DNA of 62,896 bases, counting the filler, from Octopus bimaculoides (taxonomy: Eukaryota): NCBI RefSeq assembly GCF_001194135.2. It is 5 parts of 5 records of this genome, joined end to end, with 100 filler letters (N's around TTAATTAATTAA, not from the genome) between each part and the next. Parts side by side here need not be neighbours in the genome. Positions count along the whole stretch, not along the records: positions 53,177 to 59,267 come from NC_069001.1; positions 59,368 to 62,896 come from NC_068992.1; 3 more parts are not named here. One strand, 5' to 3'. Position numbers and translations under genes: made by a program. Below, one piece after another: positions 53,177-62,896 of this stretch (position 1 is its first letter; each line of letters starts with the position of its first letter). Under the pieces are notes generated by a model. It saw nothing but the letters and a program-made list of their open reading frames with translations, was not told where the DNA came from and searched no databases.

Positions 53177-53386
53177 TGAAGATATTTCCTTCGTTTTGCT
53201 GCTTTTCTTTCTACGAAATGAGGAGATACATTGCGGAACTGTTATTTTAACGAGTTGTGTCTATTCATCGCCCCACGATGCTCCTGAACCAGTTATTGAG
53301 TGTCCCACTCGTGAGGGATCGATGACAGATGTATGGAAATAATTGCCGTGATATATGTATATGCATAAATATACATTGATATATAC

Positions 53387-53430
<44 letters not shown>

Positions 53431-53627
53431 CTGTGTGTGTATACACACACACCCACTCACACATACACATTGACACACACACATACACACACACATTTGA
53501 GTAAAGAAACAAAACAACAACACCAATAACATCAAAGAACAACGAGCAACAAGATCAACGACGAGTTTATGACATCATCACCACCACCACTACCACCACC
53601 ACCACCACTACCACCACCACCACCACC

Positions 53628-53661
<34 letters not shown>

Positions 53662-54224
53662 TCATCATCATGTAGTTATTAATGTTATTTTCATTCTTTA
53701 TATCAACATCTTCTGTTATCACACACTGTGCAACGATTTATAAAACAGAAAACAAATGTGTTTCTGAAATGTTTCTCGGTGTAAATTCATTGTAATGACC
53801 TCGTTTGACCTTTGGCAACATAATACCCCTTTCGTTTTCGTCTGAGACAGAACGACCCCTATATATTAAGGAGAAGAGGTTAATATGTTTGTTGGGGTTT
53901 TTTTTTTGGTTTTTTTTATGCCTTCCTTAATAACAACAACAACGGTGTAAATGAAATAAAACGAACCAGTCTCGACCGTGGCGCTCCAGAATGGCCTCTG
54001 ATATACGACTGTAACCATTACAAGAATAAAAGAAGGGAAGAACCTTTCCTCTACCCATCACCCTCCCTCGTGATATTAATATTGTGTCTTTCATGCCTTT
54101 CCCAGAGGCAGTAGCGTTGTGGCTGAAGTGAACCAGTTCGACCGTGGATTGAAAAAAACCTAACTCTACTGAACCGTTACAAACTTCCTTCCCTCTCTCC
54201 TTCTCTAACCATCACCCTTCCTCA

Positions 54225-54540
54225 TAATATTCGTTCATTTATTCGGTTCTCATTGTGTGTTATGGCACTTGAAGCAGCAACAAGATCATTCCATCTTCTA
54301 ATACCAAAAGCGTCCTTCACAACGTGTTCCATTGTTAACCCTCTGCTTTTTAGACCTTTTATTATTGTGCTTCGCCACGTTTCCTTTGGTTGGCCACGTC
54401 TTCGTTTACCTTGTGGAACCCATTGCAAAAAGGTCCTGAAAATTGAGCTCGGTTTATAGCGACAAACTTAAACCCAACCATTTCCATCTCCTCGCTTCAA
54501 TAGTTTCTCTTATTGGTTTCACGTTAGCCTCGGTGTACTT
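54225..54540 (-). mobile_element. RTE-clade LINE 3' end
   Basis: PIRETIEARRWKWLG followed by QWVPQGKRRRGQPKETWRSTI...RRWNDLVAA matches the typical RTE C-terminus (W-x-P-x-G-K-R-x-R-G-R-P-x-x-T-W). Confidence 0.85.
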
Positions 54541-54549
54541 GGCTATTTG

Positions 54550-54805
54550 AGAACATGTTCGGCCAGTAGACCTGCAAAAGTTTTATAGATTTTTACCGTT
54601 CCAGTGATGGATTGGATCCGTAGTCTTCGAATTAGCTTTCCCCTTTCTGGTTTTGAGAAGCCTAATTTCTCAAAAGTGGTATTTAGGCTGTGTGTTACAT
54701 ATCCCAGCGCCCCAATAATTACAGGTATAAACCTGAACTTATAATCTGGATAGGGTAACTGCAGATTTCTCAATAGTTCAGCATAGGTGTTCTCTTTTTC
54801 ACTGA
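54550..54805 (-). mobile_element. 3' end of an RLE-type (R2/R4/NeSL-like) non-LTR element
   Basis: ISEKENTYAELLRNLQLPYPDYKFRFIPVIIGALG resembles the K..KY..L....P...GALG tail of restriction-like endonuclease LINEs. Confidence 0.7.
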
Positions 54806-55354
54806 TGTATGTATGTATGTATGTATGTATGTATGTATGTATGTATGTATGTATGTATGTATAAAATATAGAAAAATAACACACATGTTGCTGTGTAATA
54901 AACCACGTTCTGTTTCTGTGCTGAACTGAGCTACACAACAAGTCGTTCTAGATTTTGGCAAGCACCTTTCCCGGAGTCGATAAAATAGTCAAATATGGTA
55001 TTGAATGGATCGAATAGAATTACCATTCTCTCTCCTCCAGAATTTATGACATTCTTTGTGGTCACATCATTAATCAATATTATAATTGTTGTAAACAATT
55101 TGTAATATTTATGCGCATTGAAAATTATGAAAACTATTTGGTAATTAACTTCTGTGTGAGATATTGCAGAATTTATAGGAAGATATTTCATATGGTTACA
55201 GTATATCAGTAATGTGTGTATCACTGGCATTTCTCTATGACATCTTTATGTAGAACGATTAGAATGTGGAGAGATGTGAGGGTGCGTGATGTCCAGATGT
55301 TGAGAAGAAATCCATGCAAAGTGAACACACGTATAAACACAGACATACACATGT

Positions 55355-55409
<55 letters not shown>

Positions 55410-55466
55410 TCTCTTTAATGTCTTTATATGTTTGTGAGAGTCTATGTGCATGTGTATATGTATGTG

Positions 55467-55504
<38 letters not shown>

Positions 55505-55505
<1 letters not shown>

Positions 55506-55700
55506 GGTACAAGGGGCCCGAAATTTTGCGGGAGGGAGCTAGTCGATTAGATTTACTCCAGTACGCCACTGGTACTTAATTTATCGACCCTGAAAGGATG
55601 AAAGGCAAAGTTAACCTCAGCGTAATTTGAACTCAAAACGTAAAGACGCACGAGATACCGTTAAGCATTTTTTCCGACGTTGCTAACGATTCTGCCATCT
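55505..55700 (+). mobile_element. SINE family B copy
   Basis: Matches the family B core. Confidence 0.78.
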
Positions 55701-56336
55701 GTATCTATAATTAGGAGTCATTAGTGGTTTATAAACATAATTAATTAACATTAGTGGTTTTATAGACGTAATAAATATACTTTCCAAAATATAATTTGTT
55801 AAAATTGTTGGTGTTTCTCCGTTGGCACGGATATACATTCGAGTGTTTTACGTAAACTTAGACAAATAAATTACCTGTAGAAATGTTAATACAAATTTAT
55901 CATCACCTGTAGTGAGTCTCTGGAAAGCATGATCGTCAGTGAATTCCAGGTTTGTGTGAGCGTGTGAATGTTTGCGCGTGTGTATGTATGAATGTATATG
56001 AATGTGTGTGACTGACTACGAGAACTTGGGGGGGGGGTATTTAGGGGAGGAAGAATGCGTGAGGTATTGAAAGTGTTAATAGTGAGTTTTTGAGACTATT
56101 TCTCTGTGTGTATGCGTCAGTGGGGGAAGAGTCGTGTTAACGTGTTCGTGTGTGCGCGTAAGAATGTGTGTGCATGATGAGTGTGTGTATGTGTATGAGT
56201 GTGTGTGTATGTGAGGACTTGGGCGTGTGTGAGTATGTAACTGCGTGTGTATGAGTATGTGAGCGAGTATGTGCGGAAGAGAGTGCGTAAGTGAATGAAG
56301 GTAATAATAGTGAGTTTATAAAAATGTTACAGCATT

Positions 56337-56368
<32 letters not shown>

Positions 56369-56559
56369 GGGTTGTGTGTGTGTGTGTGAGTGTGCACAAG
56401 AGTGTGTAAGTGAATATGTAACATTTTAAAATCTTTTATCTTTTATTTGCTTCAGGCATTAGACTACGGCCCTGCTGGGGCATCACCTTAACGAATTTTT
56501 AGTCGAATGAATCGACCTTTGTACTTGATATTTTAAAAGCTTGATACTTATTTTATTGA

Positions 56560-56887
56560 TGCCCCTTACCAAACCACTAAGTTATACAACACCGACTGTC
56601 AAGCAGTGGGGGAAGGGGGAGAGTCACACACACACACATATATATACGATGGGCTTCTTTGAGTTTCCTTTTACCAAATCCACTCACAAGGCGTTGGTCG
56701 GTCTCAAGATAATAGTAGAAAACACATAGTGGCTGTGTGGTAAAAAGTTTGCTTCACAAACACATGTTGGTGAGTTCAGTAGCACTATGTGGCACCTTGG
56801 GCAAGTATCCTCTAGTATAGCCTCGGTCGGGATGGCCAAAAAGCCTTGTGAGAGGATTTAGTAGGCGGGAACTGAAAGAAACCCGTA

Positions 56888-56890
<3 letters not shown>
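56560..56890. mobile_element. SINE family A fragments in both orientations
   Basis: 56560-56725 is a minus internal/tail segment and 56728-56890 is a plus head. Confidence 0.7.
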
Positions 56891-56923
<33 letters not shown>

Positions 56924-57740
56924 ATTTGACGGTGGAAATAGGTTCTTACTAGAATTACTTTCTGTAATCACGGTTACCAGAGAAAAATTAAAATAATGCT
57001 GAGAGAAAAATATGTGCAGAAAAAGAAAATAAGCAAAAATGATAAATAAAAATACAAAATAATAGAAATAAATACAAAAGAGAAAATATGGCACAACACT
57101 CTGCATGTGTATGCATACATATGTATTCATACATACATATATATATATATANNNNNNNNNNNNNNNNNNNNNNNNNNNNNNNNNNNNNNNNNNNNNNNNN
57201 NNNNNNNNNNNNNNNNNNNNNNNNNNNNNNNNNNNNNNNNNNNNNNNNNNNNNNNNNNNNNNNNNNNNNNNNNNNNNNNNNNNNNNNNNNNNNNNNNNNN
57301 NNNNNNNNNNNNNNNNNNNNNNNNNNNNNNNNNNNNNNNNNNNNNNNNNNNNNNNNNNNNNNNNNNNNNNNNNNNNNNNNNNNNNNNNNNNNNNNNNNNN
57401 NNNNNNNNNNNNNNNNNNNNNNNNNNNNNNNNNNNNNNNNNNNNNNNNNNNNNNNNNNNNNNNNNNNNNNNNNNNNNNNNNNNNNNNNNNNNNNNNNNNN
57501 NNNNNNNNNNNNNNNNNNNNNNNNNNNNNNNNNNNNNNNNNNNNNNNNNNNNNNNNNNNNNNNNNNNNNNNNNNNNNNNNNNNNNNNNNNNNNNNNNNNN
57601 NNNNNNNNNNNNNNNNNNNNNNNNNNNNNNNNNNNNNNNNNNNNNNNNNNNNNNNNNNNNNNNNNNNNNNNNNNNNNNNNNNNNNNNNNNNNNNNNNNNN
57701 NNNNNNNNNNNNNNNNNNNNNNNNNNNNNNNNNNNNNNNN

Positions 57741-57830
<90 letters not shown>

Positions 57831-57929
57831 GTATATTTATATATCAGTATAAATGTACATTTATTTGTATGAGTATGTATATATATATGTGTATATATAT
57901 ATATGTATGTATATATATATATGAATATA

Positions 57930-57963
<34 letters not shown>

Positions 57964-58351
57964 CATCCAAACACATTATATATATATAAATATATATATA
58001 TACAGAAACACCCAGACCCAGGCACACATACACGTACACACACACATCCATGTAGATATGTGAATATTCACATATGCACACTAAAAATTATTCTTTGAAA
58101 AACATACGATATATGCCTATGTGTAAATAAATTACTCTGTAGCGTATATATCTTTTTTTGAATATTACTTCTAAAACCTTCTTCTCAACATTATAAGAAG
58201 GCGTGATAGCTCACTATCCGGTTATACCTTGCAAAATAATCTATATCAGCCTCAAATATCGTACCGGATTTGTGTTCAAAAACACCTACTTTACAGTGTC
58301 ATTTTAAAAATAAACTATCACGTGATTGAAATCTCAAAATAAGAGATAATG

Positions 58352-58790
58352 CATGATTAATTGAAAACAATCTGAATAAGAAGCATTACAATTGACTGAA
58401 TGATCTTCTATGCTAAAGGGTTAGCCTTGAAAACAGACGTGTTCTGTTCAAATATTCTACCTATTTTCTATTAAACTGTTGATATCTGGGCTCGAACACT
58501 TACTTCGCGACGTTGTTCTAGAAATATGGAGCCACATCATAGGAATCTTGTCGTTGATAAATTGAAAACAATGTGAATAATCTGAATGCTAATGGGTTAT
58601 CTTTAGCAGCCATAATTGACTCAAATTTTCTACCTGTTTTCTGTTAAATGGCTGACATTTGGCCGCGAACACTTACCCGACAATGTCGTCCTAAAAATAT
58701 ACAGCTACATCATCGAAATCTTGTGATTAATTGAAAACAATGTGGATAAGAAGCATTGCATTTGACAGAGTTATCTGACTGCCAAAGTGT
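58352..58790. repeat. Degenerate ~170-200-bp tandem repeat, about 2.3 copies
   Basis: aattgaaaacaat anchors near 58359, 58560 and 58729, with shared tcaaat-ttctacct-ttttct-ttaaa...cgaacacttac blocks. Confidence 0.7.
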
Positions 58791-59131
58791 GATGTTGTTA
58801 TTGTATTAATCATAAGCATGTAATTTTCATCTCTCTCGATAATAAAAAAAAAAAACACCACCGGGGAATTTCATCGCTATGGGGATTGTTTTTTGCCGAA
58901 ACGTCTTTGCAATGAATAGAATAAAAGTGTCAAAAAATGGTCGCCCAAATGTCATTGGCATTACTAGCACCATGAAACAAACCGGACTATCAACTGCATC
59001 TTGTGCAGCCGATTACTTTGAACCATTCAGGGACATTGTTCTGTAATCCGATGGGGAACAAACATAAAAACACGTACACGAAGATACATACAAACGCAGA
59101 TACACACAGACACGCATACACACAAACATAC

Positions 59132-59188
<57 letters not shown>

Positions 59189-59267
59189 ATGGCTGAAGAT
59201 AAGGATAAAAGATACTTCTTAATTCATCCATTTCTTCCAGTTTCTAGAACCATTTTGTTTTCTTTTT

Positions 59268-59367
59268 NNNNNNNNNNNNNNNNNNNNNNNNNNNNNNNNN
59301 NNNNNNNNNNNTTAATTAATTAANNNNNNNNNNNNNNNNNNNNNNNNNNNNNNNNNNNNNNNNNNNN
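59268..59367. other. Artificial assembly join spacer
   Basis: 44 N + TTAATTAATTAA + 44 N. Confidence 0.95.
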
Positions 59368-59369
59368 TA

Positions 59370-59535
59370 TATGACGGGCTTCTTTCAGTTTCCGTCTACC
59401 AAATCCACTCACAAGGTTTTGGTCGGCCCGAGGTTATAGTAGAAGACACCTGCCCAAGGTGCCACGCAGTGGGACTGAGCCCAGAACCATGTGGTTGGTA
59501 AGCAAGCTACTTACCACACAGCCACTCCTGCGCCT
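59370..59535 (-). mobile_element. SINE family A, 5' half
   Basis: Reverse complement of the 9165-9310 head. Confidence 0.82.
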
Positions 59536-59910
59536 GTGTGTATATATGTGTATATAAATAACGATTTATATACACATATCTATATCTACCTATTGATGTG
59601 CATACATATACATACGTTTGCATGTGAGTGCATGAATGTGTGTGGGTGCGCGCATGTTGGTTTTACATTTTGTAGACTTAATTTGCCTTCATTCATGATT
59701 GTCACTCACTCCCACTCCGTTTGTTGTTTTAGCTTTCTCTTCCTATCGTATTGACAGTGTCCATAATTTATCTTTACAGCTTCCACACTTCTGAACTTTA
59801 AATTGTAACGGTAATTTATTCCCCACCCTCAAGGATCAAATTAGTTAAAAACACGCAACAAAACTAACCTATTTTATTTAGTGAATATAACGGTCAACGT
59901 ACAATGCTCT

Positions 59911-60052
59911 GGCGGAGGTAACGAATACGTACATCACCCATTTTCGGCGTAACAAAAATCCTAACCCTAACCTTAATCCTAACCCTAAAAATTAACCCTA
60001 AGCCCTAACCGTAACCCTAATCACCGGGTGTACGTATTCTTTACTTTCGTCC
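59911..60052. mobile_element. 142-bp MITE with GG...CC ends, 8-bp target-site duplication and a CCCTAA-like interior
   Basis: Direct repeat AATGCTCT at 59903-59910 and 60053-60060. TIR core gaatacgtaca (59923-59933) / tgtacgtattc (60029-60039). Interior of degenerate ccctaa units. Confidence 0.8.
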
Positions 60053-60360
60053 AATGCTCTTTTATAAGTATACTTTTTATAAGATTAGTTTCAACGCATG
60101 ATTTCTTATCGACATTCTTCCTTTGTACTGTCCCTTCTACATTTTGTCCATTGTGGTTAATAAAAAAATTCATTTTTCCAAAACAAATTCAAAAATAAAA
60201 CAAATAGATTTCATAAAGCTATCGGTTTCCGTTAATAAAGCGTTTTGACAAACGCAGCGTTTTGACATCGTGAAATGAAACAAAAATTGTCACTTTTCGA
60301 ATTCAAAATATTTAGAGAAGTGTTTCGTTTTTTATTGCTAAACTGTTTTATTGCTAAACA

Positions 60361-60559
60361 ATGTCCAAGATCTACGTGACACGAAAAATACCCGAACCTG
60401 GAGTAAAACTGATGCGTGATAAAGGATATCAACTGGATTTTTGGGACTCCGACGAAGCTATCCCACATAAAGAACTTGTTAAGAATTTGAAGAAAAAATA
60501 TGACGGCTTATATTGTATGCTCACAGATACTATTGATAAAGCTGTGCTGGATGCTGCAG
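60361..60559 (+). CDS. GRHPR: Glyoxylate/hydroxypyruvate reductase-like first coding exon, copy 1 (no N-terminal extension)
   Basis: MSKIYVTRKIPEPG...FWDSDEAIPHKEL...DGLYCMLTDTIDKAVLDAAG is the N-terminal substrate-binding part of the D-2-hydroxyacid dehydrogenase family (VTRxIP, LxDxxDxxxLDAAG). Donor GCAG|GTAAAA, phase 1. In-frame TAA two codons upstream of the ATG. Confidence 0.82.
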
Positions 60560-60918
60560 GTAAAAATAGTTTCCTATATCCATTAAAAATTCTTTTTGGT
60601 CTAGTATTTTAATATCTTTGTTAATATCTCCAAGTGAACTTTAAACGAGAAAACGCCCTCTGATCAGAATGCATTCCAGCCGTAATGATCCATAAATGGC
60701 AAGACTACCGTTTTGGTACTTTCTCCACACCTTGCCGAATTTGGTTCTTCACAACACCATGTTCTAATGATATTTTGCCGAAATTTTCGAAGTGAGCCGA
60801 AATTCCAATTCTCTCTCTCTCTCTCACACACATACATAGACGCATATATACATATAGGAAATAGTGGCACAAGGCACCAATGTTTGCTGGAAATAGCAGT
60901 CGATAACCTTACGACACT

Positions 60919-61183
60919 ATGACTTGTCGCATTCAAAATATATGGGGAAGGGTTTCGCCTTTATTGCTAAACAGTTCAAAGTCCAATATGAAGATCTACG
61001 CGACACGAAAAGTACCCGAGCCTGGGGCGAAACTAATGCGTGATAAAGGATATGAATTGCATTTTTGGGACTCCGACGAAGTTATCCCACGTAAAGAACT
61101 TGTTAAGAATATGAAGAAAAAATATGACGGCTTATATTGTATGCTCACAGATACTATTGATAAAGCTGTGCTGGATGCTGCAG
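60919..61183 (+). CDS. GRHPR: GRHPR-like first coding exon, copy 2, with a 23-aa N-terminal extension (second ATG at 60988)
   Basis: Tandem duplicate of copy 1 including ~160 nt of intron, with the same donor GCAG|GTAAAA. Open from ATG 60919 (A at -3): MTCRIQNIWGRVSPLLLNSSKSN-MKIYATRKVP... Confidence 0.8.
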
Positions 61184-62125
61184 GTAAAAATAGCTTCCTA
61201 TGTCCATTAAAAAAAATTTTTTTAGTCTAATATTTTAATATCTTTGTTAATATCTCCAAGTGAACTTTGAACGAGAAAACGCCTTCTGATCAGAACGCAT
61301 TCCAGCCATAATGATCCATAAATGGCAGGACTACCGTTTTGGTACTTNNNNNNNNNNNNNNNNNNNNNNNNNNNNNNNNNNNNNNNNNNNNNNNNNNNNN
61401 NNNNNNNNNNNNNNNNNNNNNNNNNNNNNNNNNNNNNNNNNNNNNNNNNNNNNNNNNNNNNNNNNNNNNNNNNNNNNNNNNNNNNNNNNNNNNNNNNNNN
61501 NNNNNNNNNNNNNNNNNNNNNNNNNNNNNNNNNNNNNNNNNNNNNNNNNNNNNNNNNNNNNNNNNNNNNNNNNNNNNNNNNNNNNNNNNNNNNNNNNNNN
61601 NNNNNNNNNNNNNNNNNNNNNNNNNNNNNNNNNNNNNNNNNNNNNNNNNNNNNNNNNNNNNNNNNNNNNNNNNNNNNNNNNNNNNNNNNNNNNNNNNNNN
61701 NNNNNNNNNNNNNNNNNNNNNNNNNNNNNNNNNNNNNNNNNNNNNNNNNNNNNNNNNNNNNNNNNNNNNNNNNNNNNNNNNNNNNNNNNNNNNNNNNNNN
61801 NNNNNNNNNNNNNNNNNNNNNNNNNNNNNNNNNNNNNNNNNNNNNNNNNNNNNNNNNNNNNNNNNNNNNNNNNNNNNNNNNNNNNNNNNNNNNNNNNNNN
61901 NNNNNNNNNNNNNNNNNNNNNNNNNNNNNNNNNNNNNNNNNNNNNNNNNNNNNNNNNNNNNNNNNNNNNNNNNNNNNNNNNNNNNNNNNNNNNNNNNNNN
62001 NNNNNNNNNNNNNNNNNNNNNNNNNNNNNNNNNNNNNNNNNNNNNNNNNNNNNNNNNNNNNNNNNNNNNNNNNNNNNNNNNNNNNNNNNNNNNNNNNNNN
62101 NNNNNNNNNNNNNNNNNNNNNNNNN

Positions 62126-62214
62126 CCCTAACCCTAACCCTAACCCTAACTCTAACCCTAACCCTAACTCTAACCCTAACCCTAGGGTTAGAGTTAGGGT
62201 TAGGGTTAGGGTTA
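62126..62214. repeat. Interstitial telomere-like repeat in inverted arrangement (CCCTAA)n-(TTAGGG)n
   Basis: Junction ccctaaccct|agggttagag near 62183, with CTCTAA/TTAGAG variants. Left end lies in a gap. Confidence 0.9.
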
Positions 62215-62654
62215 AAGCAAATTTAAAATGAAAAAAGCAAATAAAACGAAGAATCGTTTGTTTATGTAGTCGGCACTTAATGTATATCGACTGAATGGAC
62301 GTCAGTGATTGGTTGAAATTATCGAAATAAGACAATTTTTTACATGAAATAAATTCGAATACAAAAATATTTTTCTGTTCTATAACACAAAATAGATAAG
62401 TATACGAAGTTTGAAAGTCTTTCCGTACCAAAAACACTACGTAAAACATTAATGAAAAATGTGGCCCCCGTTTTAAAAAAGATCCTAATAATTTACATGG
62501 AAGGTTATTGTTTTCGCAGCGACAACGATCTTCTTATGACGTACCAGTTAAAAGCAAGCTTTTGTACTTCTTGCAGGAATGGTAAGCCAGGTGTCATTCT
62601 CAAATAATTTTCAGTTCCTTTCGTCATCATCATCATCATTTTATTCTTCTTATT

Positions 62655-62818
62655 ATGGCTTTACGTTCTGAGTTCAAATTCTGCCGTGGTCGACTTTGCC
62701 ATTCATCTTTTCGGGGTCGATGAAATAAGTACCAGTTACGCACTGGGTTCGATGTAATCGACTTATCCCCCCCACCAAATTGCTAGCCTTGTGCCCCACC
62801 CCCAAATTTGAAACCATA

Positions 62819-62820
<2 letters not shown>
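62655..62820 (-). mobile_element. SINE family B copy followed by an (ATT)n tract running to the window end
   Basis: Reverse complement of the family B core, with (ATT)n at 62815-62896. Confidence 0.8.

Positions 62821-62896
<76 letters not shown>

Noticed and set aside
58870-59045. Possible THAP-like FHRY...W...LCS remnant
   Set aside because: The motifs are interrupted by stops and are compatible with chance.

Overview
Eukaryotic, AT-rich, microsatellite-dense and gap-ridden animal genomic DNA. The SINE and LINE families look like those I associate with octopus/cephalopod genomes (inference, not verified). Four artificial spacers (44 N + TTAATTAATTAA + 44 N) split the window into five blocks (1-16966, 17067-45912, 46013-53076, 53177-59267, 59368-62896), so long-range adjacency is not guaranteed. 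Recognisable host-gene pieces are a large coding exon of a DRC10/IQCD homologue (minus, 1163-2383), the first coding exon of a RhoU/RhoV-like GTPase (plus, 11363-11501) and two tandem copies of the first coding exon of a GRHPR-like glyoxylate reductase (60361-60559; 60919-61183). The rest is mostly SINEs, fragments of Tx1/L1, RTE and RLE-type LINEs, Tc1/mariner relics, several MITE/foldback elements and simple repeats. Four observations stand out: (1) a ~4.7 kb degenerate pentanucleotide repeat that keeps one minus-strand frame stop-free throughout and runs into the DRC10 start codon; (2) the duplicated GRHPR exon, where one copy has a mitochondrial-presequence-like extension and the other has the homologous extension disabled; (3) telomere-repeat-filled TIR elements lying ~310 bp upstream of both the RhoU and GRHPR start codons; (4) a near-canonical minimal hammerhead ribozyme motif at 30780-30819.
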